Source: an uncultured Azospirillaceae bacterium (GTDB lineage: Bacteria > Pseudomonadota > Alphaproteobacteria > RF32 > CAG-239). From it: 64,000 nucleotides of DNA. The translations under genes and the position numbers were made by a program. Shown one piece after another: positions 36,390 to 45,850 of this stretch (position 1 is its first letter; each line of letters begins with the position of its first letter). Where the stretch lies: assembly GCA_964655915.1 (NCBI GenBank), contig CAZZNV010000003.1, positions 15,299 through 79,298 on the forward strand. The letters are read 5' to 3'. Under the pieces are notes generated by a model. The model searched no databases. It was not told the DNA's origin and saw nothing but the letters and a program-made list of their open reading frames with translations.

Positions 36390-38502
36390 TAGCGGCAATG
36401 TTACGAATATACGCACAATCGCTTTCCATGTTTTCCAAATCCACAGGAAGTTTACGTCGCCAGTTAGGGTGTTTATCCCTGTCTGTTCCCGGAAGGTTTT
36501 GCATTTTTTCAACATGCAAAACATCTTCAAACTGTACCAACAAAACTTGCGATGCGCAACGCGACATAAACCTGTGAACAGCTTCTTCAATACCTTCCGG
36601 ATATTTTTCGCCATAAATATAATTCTCGCTCCGCGGATTATCCTCAGGCCAAACACCATTGCTATCCATGGCAAACAGTAATTTCCAGCGGTCAAGTTCC
36701 CGCTTGTGATAGGCGGCTGCTTTTTCTTCTTCGGTAGCTATTAACCCCAGCGAACGACTCAATTCAATGTCATACCCGAACCACCACATGCGCAACGGAG
36801 CCATATCGTGCGTACCAATAGAGGAAAATGCTTTTGCCGGATAACCGGAAGGAGCTGTAAAATCTCCCCAACCATTATCTCCTCTTTCTGACCACAAAAC
36901 ACTTAAAGGGTGAATATTCCGCTTTTCCAACATCTCAAGAAAGCCATCCGGAACATTGCCGATGCTTTCGCCAACAACAGCGCAACAATTAAGATGACTT
37001 TCCAATGCGACAATATTTAACATGTCATTCACATTGTAATATAAATATGTTCCTTGCTCACCTTTATCAGGAATGATGTATAAGCGCATTAAACCCATAA
37101 CATGATCAATGCGCAACGCTCCGGCATTTTTCATATTTGAACGCAAAATTTTGATAAACGCCTCGTAGCGATTTTCTTTCAATCTAACCGGATTAAATGC
37201 TCCCAAACACCATTTTTGCCCTGCCGGAAAAAACGCATCGGGAGGCGCTCCGGCACCCGCTTTTTGCAAGAACAGCTCAGGATTACTCCACAGCTCGGCA
37301 CTATCTTGACCGACACCTACCGCCAAATCACGATAAAAACCCACACCCAAACCGCATTCTTCAACAACTTTCTGAGCCTCACCGAACTGGCGAGCCGCCT
37401 CAAATTGCAAAAACTTAAAAAATTCAACCTTCTGTTTGTGTTCTGCAACAAAAGATTTGACAGCCGCCGTATCCGGTTGATGGTATTTTTCAGGCCATGC
37501 ACGCCAGCCGCCCCAAACTTTTTCACAATGTTCATCATACAAGGCCTCAAAAGCCGCCAGTTTATCCAAATCAGCCCCTTGTTCTCGGCAAAAACCTTTA
37601 TATGCGGACAAACGTTCTTTATTTTTGCTTTTTTCAAAACGCTCAAAACAACGTTTCAACATTTCCATCTTTAGTGAATATACCCGCGAATATTGGATTA
37701 ATTCCGCATGATGAACATCTTCCAGTTCTTGTGCGATTTCTGCCTTATCTTCCGGCAAAAATTCGGGAACCTGTTCAACATCTATATAAATCGGATTTAA
37801 AAACAAGCGACTTATCGAACAATATGGGCTGGCGTTTTCGGGGTAGTTATGCTGGAGTACATTCAGAGGATTCAACCCGATAATTGAAGCACCTGACCGC
37901 GCACACATACGTACAAGTTCTTTCAAATCCGTAAAATCACCAACGCCCCAATTGCGACGACTTTTGACTGAATATAATTGAACGGCAAAACCCCAAATTT
38001 TTTGCTTTTGCATTGCCGGCGCCTCGTAGCATTTATCCGGACAAACGGCCAGTGTGGATTTGTATTTTTTGCCGGAAACATTTATTGTTAATTCATGATA
38101 CCCGATGGGAAAATCTGCATTTATTTTAACTATTTTGCGTATTCTAACCTCACCAAGCGCATTATATTTTTCCTGTTCCCTTACAGTTACTTCAACGGGT
38201 TGTCCTGAAACCTGAACCTCTATAACGGAACCATGTTGTTTTTCTGATACAACAATATTAAATTCAAGATTACCTTGCTGTCTGATAATAATGCCGTCCA
38301 CCCCCAAGCGCCATTCTTTTTCCTCTAAGAGCCATAATGAATGCGCTATCTCATCCTCATTTTTTGCGGCATACCCCAACATGTTCGCAAAAAAGTTTAG
38401 GGTCTCCCTATCCACATCATAGGTGCGACAAGCCAAACCGGCATCCTTAAAACTATCCGCCACACCGAGTTTTTGCATTAAAATCTTCAGTCCGTTTTCC
38501 AT
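36373..38502 (-). CDS. malQ: 4-alpha-glucanotransferase (amylomaltase, GH77), long form
   Basis: GH77 core motifs (WG.GDF, LRIDHVMGL, VVGE..G.VP, THD) with a ~150-aa N-terminal extension, as in E. coli-type MalQ. Confidence 0.9.
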   Translation of the reverse strand: MENGLKILMQKLGVADSFKDAGLACRTYDVDRETLNFFANMLGYAAKNEDEIAHSLWLLEEKEWRLGVDGIIIRQQGNLEFNIVVSEKQHGSVIEVQVSGQPVEVTVREQEKYNALGEVRIRKIVKINADFPIGYHELTINVSGKKYKSTLAVCPDKCYEAPAMQKQKIWGFAVQLYSVKSRRNWGVGDFTDLKELVRMCARSGASIIGLNPLNVLQHNYPENASPYCSISRLFLNPIYIDVEQVPEFLPEDKAEIAQELEDVHHAELIQYSRVYSLKMEMLKRCFERFEKSKNKERLSAYKGFCREQGADLDKLAAFEALYDEHCEKVWGGWRAWPEKYHQPDTAAVKSFVAEHKQKVEFFKFLQFEAARQFGEAQKVVEECGLGVGFYRDLAVGVGQDSAELWSNPELFLQKAGAGAPPDAFFPAGQKWCLGAFNPVRLKENRYEAFIKILRSNMKNAGALRIDHVMGLMRLYIIPDKGEQGTYLYYNVNDMLNIVALESHLNCCAVVGESIGNVPDGFLEMLEKRNIHPLSVLWSERGDNGWGDFTAPSGYPAKAFSSIGTHDMAPLRMWWFGYDIELSRSLGLIATEEEKAAAYHKRELDRWKLLFAMDSNGVWPEDNPRSENYIYGEKYPEGIEEAVHRFMSRCASQVLLVQFEDVLHVEKMQNLPGTDRDKHPNWRRKLPVDLENMESDCAYIRNIAAIKRER

Positions 38503-38522
38503 GAAACTTCCTCATCAGGTTG

Positions 38523-40595
38523 TTATTTAACTTCAAAAACCATTACACTCCATCCGGGTACAGAAATTTTGCTTCCGGAAGTGACGGTCTTGGGCAACTC
38601 TGCTTTTCCAGAGCTGTCTAATTGTAAAGACCAACTCTTATTCCCCAGATTTGGAAGAATCCAGTCTTTCTCTTGATAGTTTGCATTAAATATACTCAAT
38701 ACAAAACGTCCGTTTGCATAAACGCAATAAGACAAGCTTTTCCGCTCGGAATCGTGCCAATCTTCAGAGCGAAATTCTTGTCCGCTCTCCGTATACCAAC
38801 TAATATCCTTATATCCCGTCTTATCAACCGGACGTCCCGTAAAAAACTTTTTCCGGTTAAAAACTTTTAACTTGCGACGCAGATTAATGAGTTTTTTTAC
38901 AAAACGGGTAAGCTGTTTATGTTTTCCGACAATTCCTTCCCACGTTATCCATGTTATAGCGTTGTCTTGACAGTAAGGGTTGTTGTTGCCCATTTGTGTA
39001 TGTGCAATTTCATCTCCCGCCACCAACATCGGGGTCCCGAAAGACAATAACAAAGTGGACAGCATGGCCTTTGTACGGATTAAACGATTTTCCATGACAA
39101 CGGTATTATCTGTTTCGCCTTCCGCACCGGAATTCCAACTCCAGTTTGAGTTGCTGCCGTCGTTATTGTCTTCTCCGTTGCTGTGATTGTGTTTTTGATT
39201 ATAGCTCACTAGGTCTCGCAAATTAAAACCATCATGCGCGGTGATAAAATTAACGCTTGTCCAAATATCACGATTATTATAATCAAAAACATCACTCGAA
39301 CCGGTCAAACGGCTGGCCATTTCTGAAGCTTGATTGACATCTCCTTTCCAAAAACGACGAACATTGTCTCTGTATTTATCGTTCCATTCCGCCCATCCGG
39401 GCAAAAATGCTCCGACCTGATACCCTCCATATCCGACGTCCCACGGCTCAGCTATCAATTTAACACGGTTCAACACCGGATCTTGTGCCACAGCATTCAT
39501 AAAACCGCTGGCTTGTGTGAAATCTGTTTTGTAACGAGATAATGTCGGCGCCAAGTCAAACCTGAAACCATCGACATGCATTTCTTCCACCCAATAACGA
39601 AGAGAATCCATGACCAATCGCAACACATTCGGATTTTGCAAATTTAATGATGCGCCGCATCCGGTGGAATCGTAATAATAGCGAGGATTATCCGGATTAA
39701 GCGTATAATAAGAAGTATTATCAATTCCACGATAACATAATGTCGGACCCAGCTGGTTACCTTCACCGGTATGATTATAAACAACGTCAAGAATCACCTC
39801 TATATCATTACGGTGCATTTCTTTGACCATGTCTTTAATTTCTTTCAAATCGTTGCGACAAAGATATGACTGTTCCGGCGTGAAAAAGCTGAAACTTTCG
39901 TATCCCCAATAATTGTCTATGGTATAGCCTTTTTTATGCCGATTTCCAAAAAAGGCATGTATCGGCAAAAATTCTACGGCCGTTATCCCCAACCATTTAA
40001 GATAGTTCATTACCGAACGATGAGCAAAACCGGCAAATGTTCCACGTTTGGCATCCGGCACTAAAGGGTGCAACATCGTGTAACCGCGAAGGTGTGTTTC
40101 ATAGATGACACTTTCTTCAAAAGAATGCTCGGGGTGCTTATCCTCTTTCCAATCGTAGCTATTGTCAATCACAACAGATTTTGGAACATACGGAGCCGAA
40201 TCCAAATCACTGAAAGACAAATCTTTCTCAGGGGAATCTATGTCATAGCCGAAGATTGCCTTGTTCCATATCAGCTTGCCGACAAGTTTTTTTCCGTACG
40301 GATCTGTCAGTAGTTTGTAAGGGTTGAAACGAAAACCCTTCTCCGGTAAATAAGGGCCATAAACACGATACCCGTACACCTGTCCCGGCTGAACTCCGGC
40401 GAGGTATATATGCCAAATGTTGTTGTCATTTTCCGTTATGGTGTAGCGTTCAAGCTCCTCAGCCCCGGAATCATCAAACAAACACAGTTCAATCTTGGTG
40501 GCGTGTGCCGAAAACAATGCAAAATTTACACCCTTACCGTTATAAGTCGACCCGAGGGGGCTACTTTTTCCGCTAGAGGATTTAAATTTTTGCAT
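38523..40595 (-). CDS. glgX: Glycogen debranching enzyme GlgX (GH13)
   Basis: N-terminal CBM48-like domain (GVNFALFS). GH13 regions DVVYNH, GFRFDLA, EPWD, FITAHDGF. Confidence 0.93.
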   Translation of the reverse strand: MQKFKSSSGKSSPLGSTYNGKGVNFALFSAHATKIELCLFDDSGAEELERYTITENDNNIWHIYLAGVQPGQVYGYRVYGPYLPEKGFRFNPYKLLTDPYGKKLVGKLIWNKAIFGYDIDSPEKDLSFSDLDSAPYVPKSVVIDNSYDWKEDKHPEHSFEESVIYETHLRGYTMLHPLVPDAKRGTFAGFAHRSVMNYLKWLGITAVEFLPIHAFFGNRHKKGYTIDNYWGYESFSFFTPEQSYLCRNDLKEIKDMVKEMHRNDIEVILDVVYNHTGEGNQLGPTLCYRGIDNTSYYTLNPDNPRYYYDSTGCGASLNLQNPNVLRLVMDSLRYWVEEMHVDGFRFDLAPTLSRYKTDFTQASGFMNAVAQDPVLNRVKLIAEPWDVGYGGYQVGAFLPGWAEWNDKYRDNVRRFWKGDVNQASEMASRLTGSSDVFDYNNRDIWTSVNFITAHDGFNLRDLVSYNQKHNHSNGEDNNDGSNSNWSWNSGAEGETDNTVVMENRLIRTKAMLSTLLLSFGTPMLVAGDEIAHTQMGNNNPYCQDNAITWITWEGIVGKHKQLTRFVKKLINLRRKLKVFNRKKFFTGRPVDKTGYKDISWYTESGQEFRSEDWHDSERKSLSYCVYANGRFVLSIFNANYQEKDWILPNLGNKSWSLQLDSSGKAELPKTVTSGSKISVPGWSVMVFEVK

Positions 40596-40609
40596 TTCTT
40601 ATTCCTTTA

Positions 40610-42802
40610 CTATCTTATCGGTTTTAAGACAATCGTTGATAATGGCGGCACGGTCACCCTAATGGAATGAGGTTTGCAATTCCACTCAATGTTTTCGGCC
40701 TGCATAATCCCCTCGTTTTTAACACCGCTTCCCCAGTAGTTTACATCATCACTGTTAAAAATTTCTTGAAAACCGCAAAGTTCATTTACTCCCAAACGAT
40801 AATCGTGACGAACAACCGGCGTAAAGTTGGAGATAACAATCATATAATCTTGCGGATTATACCCCTTGCGCATGTAGGAAATAACACTATCATCGGCGTT
40901 TGAATGTTCAATCCACTCAAATCCCCGATAGTCAAAATCTTGTTCATAAAAAGGTGCATTTCCTTTATACATCAGATTCAAATCGCGCACACAATTTTGC
41001 ATTCCCTTATACATCGGATATTGCAACAAATGCCACCGCAGACTTTCTTCCGAATTCCACTCCCAATCTTGTCCAAAATCACATCCCATAAACAGCAATT
41101 TCTTTCCGGGATGTGTGAACATGAAACCGTAATAAGCTCTCAAGTTGGCAAATTTTTGCCACTCATCTCCCGGCATTTTGGACAGCATCGACCCCTTGCC
41201 GTGAACAACCTCATCATGAGATATGGGCAGAATAAAATTCTCATTAAAGGCATAGAGCAAACCAAACGTTAACATGCCATGGTGGTATTTGCGATGAACC
41301 GGTTCATGTGAAATATATTTCAACGTGTCGTTCATCCAGCCCATATTCCATTTGTAGCCAAATCCTAGTCCTCCCATTGACGTCGGACGAGAAACCATCG
41401 GCCATGCCGTGGACTCTTCAGCAACGGTGAATGCACCGCCTGATTGGGAGTAAGCCAATTCATTCATGCGACGTAAAAATGAAATCGCCTCAATGTTTTC
41501 ATTGCCGCCATACTGGTTGGGAATCCATTCGCCGTTTTTACGGGAATAATCCAGATACAGCATTGAGGCAACCGCATCAACCCGCAATCCGTCAATATGG
41601 AATTCCTTTAACCAATAAACTGCACTTGCGCACAGGAAGTTAGAAACTTCCGTTCTGCCGTAATTGTAAATTTTTGTTCCCCAATCCGTGTGCTCTCCCT
41701 TGCGCGGATCGGCATGTTCATATAAATGCGTCCCATCAAATTCATTCAGTCCATGTCCGTCTTTAGGGAAGTGCGCCGGAACCCAATCCATGATTACCGC
41801 TATGCCAGCTTGGTGAAATTTATCAATCAAATAACGTAAATCATCCGGTGTACCAAAACGACTAGTCGGAGCAAACATTCCCACAACCTGATACCCCCAA
41901 GAAGCATCTAACGGATGTTCGGCCAAAGGCAAAAATTCAACATGTGTAAAGCCCATATTCACAACATACGGAACAAGGGAATCGGCCAGCTCGCGATAGG
42001 TTAAATAATCATTGCCGTCCTTGCGACGCCAAGAACCCAGATGCACCTCATAAATAGACATCGGACGATCAAAAGAGTTGCTGTCTCCCCGATATTTCAT
42101 CCATTCGGAATCGTTCCAATTATAGTGATTTATATCATAAACAACGGACGCCGTGTTAGGTCTTTTTTCTGAGTAAAAAGCAACAGGGTCGGCCTTTACC
42201 AAAATATTTCCTTCATGTGTTTTGATTTCAAATTTATAGAGTTCACCTTCACCTATACCGGGAATAAAAATATCCCATACGCCGCAACTTTGATGGCAAC
42301 GCATAACGTTGACACGGCCATCCCAATTATTAAATGCACCAACCACGCTGACACGTTTTGCGTTCGGAGCCCATACGGCAAACCCCACTCCTTTTATGCC
42401 CTCCATTTCCATCGGATGAGCACCCAATTTTTTGTACATTTCCAGATGGTTTCCCTCTGCTAAGAGGTACACATCCATATCCCCTAAAATGGGCGAAAAA
42501 CGATAAGCATCTTCGGCTTCATAAACATCACCTTTATCATTCTCAATCCGAAAATGATAGGCAAAATTATCTCTGGCGCCTAAGTTAATCTGGTAGAATC
42601 CACGCTTGTCCAAGCAAGTCATATACCCAAGGGATTTTCCATTATTTTCAATAACTTCGACAGACTTGGAATGGGGTTGATAGGTGCGTATAAACACCTC
42701 CTTACTGCCCTTATCTTTATGTATTCCCAAGACTGAAAAAACGTTGCAATAATCGCCGTTTACAATAGCATTTATTTCTGCTTTAGAGAGTAGATTTTCC
42801 AT
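40610..42802 (-). CDS. glgB: 1,4-alpha-glucan branching enzyme GlgB (GH13)
   Basis: DWVPAHF, GLRVDAVASMLY, AEESTAWP, SHDEVVHGK; full-length colinearity with GlgB. Confidence 0.95.
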   Translation of the reverse strand: MENLLSKAEINAIVNGDYCNVFSVLGIHKDKGSKEVFIRTYQPHSKSVEVIENNGKSLGYMTCLDKRGFYQINLGARDNFAYHFRIENDKGDVYEAEDAYRFSPILGDMDVYLLAEGNHLEMYKKLGAHPMEMEGIKGVGFAVWAPNAKRVSVVGAFNNWDGRVNVMRCHQSCGVWDIFIPGIGEGELYKFEIKTHEGNILVKADPVAFYSEKRPNTASVVYDINHYNWNDSEWMKYRGDSNSFDRPMSIYEVHLGSWRRKDGNDYLTYRELADSLVPYVVNMGFTHVEFLPLAEHPLDASWGYQVVGMFAPTSRFGTPDDLRYLIDKFHQAGIAVIMDWVPAHFPKDGHGLNEFDGTHLYEHADPRKGEHTDWGTKIYNYGRTEVSNFLCASAVYWLKEFHIDGLRVDAVASMLYLDYSRKNGEWIPNQYGGNENIEAISFLRRMNELAYSQSGGAFTVAEESTAWPMVSRPTSMGGLGFGYKWNMGWMNDTLKYISHEPVHRKYHHGMLTFGLLYAFNENFILPISHDEVVHGKGSMLSKMPGDEWQKFANLRAYYGFMFTHPGKKLLFMGCDFGQDWEWNSEESLRWHLLQYPMYKGMQNCVRDLNLMYKGNAPFYEQDFDYRGFEWIEHSNADDSVISYMRKGYNPQDYMIVISNFTPVVRHDYRLGVNELCGFQEIFNSDDVNYWGSGVKNEGIMQAENIEWNCKPHSIRVTVPPLSTIVLKPIR

Positions 42803-42958
42803 TGATATTCCCTTGATATTTACACCATAATTTCAAGACCGAAAACATTATTTTGGTCTGTTGTATAATCTATAATTTCGAATAGTTTTAAATGCAAGGC
42901 ATTTTAGAGTCCTTGAAAAAAATATTTGATAAACAGAAGGAAATCAGCAGATTAATGG

Positions 42959-42986
42959 TTGACGTATTAAATTTTGATTGTATATT
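42959..42986 (+). promoter_or_regulatory. Candidate sigma-70 promoter for the DUF2934 gene (TTGACG, 16 nt spacer, TATATT)
   Basis: TTGACG at 42959-42964, a 16-nt spacer, then TATATT at 42981-42986, about 40 nt upstream of the ATG at 43026. Confidence 0.3.
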
Positions 42987-43025
42987 AAGTGATGTTTAGT
43001 AAATATTTACTTGGAGTTAGTTACT

Positions 43026-43265
43026 ATGATTAAAAATCTTGAAGATGCTATCAGAGAAGCAGCTTATTACAACTGGCAAAATGCAGGTTGTCCGCAAGGT
43101 CAGGATGAGTATTTTTGGAGCATGGCCGTTGAACAGTTGAACAAAAACTGCAACAAAAATTGCTGCAAAAGTTCTTCTGTAAAGAAGTCATCTGTTGCCG
43201 TTGCTAAAAAGTCTTCATCTAGTAAAACAGCAAGCAAATCTTCTGCAAAAAAATCTTCTAAATAA
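43026..43265 (+). CDS. DUF2934-family small protein with a K/S-rich basic tail
   Basis: IREAAYYNWQNAGCPQGQDEYFW matches the DUF2934 core (A+..W...G.P.G.d..hW). The C-terminus is KSSSVKKSS...SKSSAKKSSK. Start set at the ATG at 43026; the track start is a TTG. Confidence 0.7.
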   Translation: MIKNLEDAIREAAYYNWQNAGCPQGQDEYFWSMAVEQLNKNCNKNCCKSSSVKKSSVAVAKKSSSSKTASKSSAKKSSK

Positions 43266-43292
43266 GATTTGAGAAGTATTTGTTTATCCTTG

Positions 43293-43322
43293 AAAAAGCC
43301 TCGAAATTTCGGGGCTTTTTTA
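43293..43322. terminator. Bidirectional hairpin terminator between convergent genes
   Basis: AAAAAGCCTCGAAATTTCGGGGCTTTTT, with one G-U pair in the stem. It overlaps the stop codon of the minus-strand TPR-methyltransferase gene. Confidence 0.6.
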
Positions 43323-44633
43323 TTGTGTTTTTCGGGCTGCAAAAATCCAGCCTTTGACAGGGAATCCACCCTCAAAACGCAAAGTGCAAAACTCTTCTTT
43401 CAAAATACAAAAACCGTACTTGTTCAGTAACTTTTCAACATAATTTTTCGAATGCAAAAAACGTCCGGACAAATGTAAAAAATAATCATCCTTATTCTCA
43501 TTATTCTGAGTTACGGAAAAGATAAATACCCCCTCTTTTTTCAGAGCCTTAAAGACGTTAGAAAAAACCTTATCCAAACGCCCAAAATAGGTTAAAACAT
43601 CGGCTGCCGTAACGAAGTCAAACAATAAAGAATCCTTGAACAGAAAAGGAGTTTCAATATCCATCGCCAATAAATTTTTGTAGATATTTTTACTTGCGGC
43701 TTGTGACAGCATTAAGGGAGAAATATCAACACCCCATAAATCTATTTTTTTATTCAGGGAATCCAAAAAAACACCACACAATCCCGTACCGCACCCAATA
43801 TCTAAACCCAAAGAATTTTCAGGCAACAAATCACCATATTTCTTAGCTATTAACTGAGGGACTTGGTACTCTAAAGCGGCTAACGAATCCTCAAAACTAT
43901 CAGCAAAAGCATCAAAAATTCGGCGGACATAAACAGGGTTGCTGCGAAGGATATTTTTGTTTGACCTCAGAGCGGAAAAGACATAATCCACCAATGGATT
44001 TCCACCATATTTTTTATGCCATTTTTTTAAAATATCCTTGATTGATTTTATATCTTTTTCCAGTGATATTTCATAAAGACAATATCCCATATTTATATGT
44101 TGCGAATCCGCTCCGTTACTTAGCTCGACTGCTTGATACGCTGCCTGTACGGCCGCTTCAAAAAAGCCGGATTTTTGCAGCGCTCTGCTATAATAATTAT
44201 ACGCCCAAAAATTATCACTTTCCGCTTTGATTATTTGTTCAAAACATAAAATAGAGTCTGCAAACTCACCCTCCTCCAGCAAGCAGTGTCCCAACAACAT
44301 CAAGCCATTTATGTTCCCCGCATCTGCATTCAAAAGGGTTTGTGCCCAAAGAGCGGCCTGTTTATATTGCCTTTGCTGCAAAAACACATTACCCAAGTTA
44401 AACATATCTGCAATGTTTTGCGGATCTGCCCGATGCGCTTTTTGGTAAAACTCCAAAGCTTTTTCATAATCATTTTGAACAAAGAACACATTGCCGATAA
44501 CTTGGAGAGCTTCGTGGTTTTGAGAATCCAGAGACACAGCCTGCAATGCGTATTTTTGCGCCGCCTCAAACTTTTCTTCTTCATAAAGTTTTGCAGCCTT
44601 AGCGCTTAGCTCTTTCGCCTTCTGCGTTATCAT
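43320..44633 (-). CDS. TPR-repeat-containing SAM-dependent methyltransferase (COG4976-like)
   Basis: N-terminal TPR repeats. C-terminal class I methyltransferase with motif I LGLDIGCGTGLCG. Start moved to the ATG at 44633, because the longer track ORF runs through a terminator and into the tRNA-Leu gene. Confidence 0.8.
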   Translation of the reverse strand: MITQKAKELSAKAAKLYEEEKFEAAQKYALQAVSLDSQNHEALQVIGNVFFVQNDYEKALEFYQKAHRADPQNIADMFNLGNVFLQQRQYKQAALWAQTLLNADAGNINGLMLLGHCLLEEGEFADSILCFEQIIKAESDNFWAYNYYSRALQKSGFFEAAVQAAYQAVELSNGADSQHINMGYCLYEISLEKDIKSIKDILKKWHKKYGGNPLVDYVFSALRSNKNILRSNPVYVRRIFDAFADSFEDSLAALEYQVPQLIAKKYGDLLPENSLGLDIGCGTGLCGVFLDSLNKKIDLWGVDISPLMLSQAASKNIYKNLLAMDIETPFLFKDSLLFDFVTAADVLTYFGRLDKVFSNVFKALKKEGVFIFSVTQNNENKDDYFLHLSGRFLHSKNYVEKLLNKYGFCILKEEFCTLRFEGGFPVKGWIFAARKTQ

Positions 44634-44653
44634 TCCGCTCTCCGACTGGTTAT

Positions 44654-44677
44654 AAAAAAAAGACGGAATATCCGTCT
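44654..44677 (-). terminator. Rho-independent terminator after tRNA-Leu
   Basis: Stem AGACGGA/TCCGTCT (44661-44677). The A-run at 44654-44660 gives a T-run on the minus strand. Confidence 0.65.
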
Positions 44678-44686
44678 TTTCACTTT

Positions 44687-44772
44687 TGGTAGGGGTAGTC
44701 AGACTCGAACTGACACGGCCTGAGGCCACAAGATTTTGAGTCTAGCGCGTCTACCAGTTCCGCCATACCCCC
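44687..44772 (-). tRNA. tRNA-Leu (anticodon CAA), 86 nt with long variable arm and encoded CCA
   Basis: Reverse complement GGGGGTATGGCGGAACTGGTAGACGCGCTAGACTCAAAATCTTGTGGCCTCAGGCCGTGTCAGTTCGAGTCTGACTACCCCTACCA folds as a cloverleaf. The acceptor stem is GGGGGTA/TACCCCT with G1-U72, the anticodon loop is CT-CAA-AA, the variable arm is long, and the T-loop is GTTCGAGTC. Confidence 0.9.
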
Positions 44773-44786
44773 ACGAGATGTTTGCA

Positions 44787-44815
44787 TAAATAATATATTT
44801 AATTAGACACGTCAA
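44787..44815 (-). promoter_or_regulatory. Candidate sigma-70 promoter for tRNA-Leu (TTGACG, 17 nt spacer, TATTTA)
   Basis: On the minus strand: TTGACG (44815-44810), a 17-nt spacer, TATTTA (44792-44787), about 15 nt upstream of the mature tRNA 5' end. Confidence 0.35.
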
Positions 44816-44863
44816 CTCTTTTTTTGTATTATTTTTGAAGTTTTTTTATTTTGGAGCGTTAAG

Positions 44864-45832
44864 ATGCATGTTTTGGTTGTTGGCGGGGCCGGATATATCG
44901 GCAGCCATGTTGTAAAAAATCTTTTAAATAGCGGTATGAAAGTTACTGTTTTTGACAATCTTTCAACGGGACAACGGATTAATTTTTTCTCAACCGCGAA
45001 ATATATTATCGGTGACATCTTAAATGTTTCCGAAATTGAAACGGCTATGTCTAAAGATGTTGATGCTGTTGTTTTGCTTGCCGGCAAAAAAGCCGTTGGC
45101 GAATCAATGATAAATCCTGAAAAGTATGCCCTTAACAACATATCAGGAACAATTAACGTCCTTAATGCCATGTGCAAATATAATGTTAACAAACTTGTGT
45201 TTTCTTCATCGGCCGCTGTTTATGGCACTCCGCAATATCTTCCCATAGACGAAGAACACCCTCTTGACCCGATAAGTTTTTACGGTTTTACCAAATGTGA
45301 TATGGAAAGGTATTTTGCGTGGTATGATCAGTTAAAGGGAATCCACTATATTTCCCTGCGCTATTTTAACGCCGTGGGGTATGATGAAGACGGAGACGTC
45401 AAAGGATTAGAAAAGAATCCGCAAAACCTGTTGCCTATTGTTATGGAAGTTGCCACAAAAAAACGCGAAAAATTGTGCATTTTTGGCAACGATTATGACA
45501 CACCTGACGGGACTTGCGTTCGCGATTACATTCATGTAACCGATTTAGCCTCTGCCCATACATTAGCCCTAAAACAACTGGATAAAAAACCGCAAAGCCT
45601 TATCTTAAATTTGGGAACGGAAAAGGGAATTAGTGTTTTGGAAATGGTTACCGCAACAGAGAAGCTTATCGGGGAAAAAATACCTTATGAATTTGCCCCG
45701 AGACGCGCCGGAGATGCCGCTACTTTAACTGCTTCCACTCGCAAAGCTAATGATATTTTAGGCTGGTTTCCCTCACACAGTTCTTTGGAAAACATTATTC
45801 TCTCCACATGGAAAGCTTATACGCAATCCTAG
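44864..45832 (+). CDS. galE: UDP-glucose 4-epimerase
   Basis: Rossmann motif VVGGAGYIGSH, SSSAAVYG, catalytic YGFTK, DGTCVRDYIHV.DLA.AH. Confidence 0.9.
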   Translation: MHVLVVGGAGYIGSHVVKNLLNSGMKVTVFDNLSTGQRINFFSTAKYIIGDILNVSEIETAMSKDVDAVVLLAGKKAVGESMINPEKYALNNISGTINVLNAMCKYNVNKLVFSSSAAVYGTPQYLPIDEEHPLDPISFYGFTKCDMERYFAWYDQLKGIHYISLRYFNAVGYDEDGDVKGLEKNPQNLLPIVMEVATKKREKLCIFGNDYDTPDGTCVRDYIHVTDLASAHTLALKQLDKKPQSLILNLGTEKGISVLEMVTATEKLIGEKIPYEFAPRRAGDAATLTASTRKANDILGWFPSHSSLENIILSTWKAYTQS

Positions 45833-45850
45833 CATGTAGACGATAAATAC

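Noticed and set aside
44634-44729. N-terminal 32 codons of the track ORF 43320-44729.
   Set aside because: This extension runs through an intrinsic terminator and into the tRNA-Leu gene (44687-44772). The internal ATG at 44633 gives a sensible TPR-methyltransferase start.
44687-44772. tRNA-Leu as an integration site for a genomic island.
   Set aside because: There is no integrase, no phage or plasmid genes, and no recognisable direct repeat of the tRNA 3' end on either side. The flanking genes (TPR methyltransferase, galE) look chromosomal.
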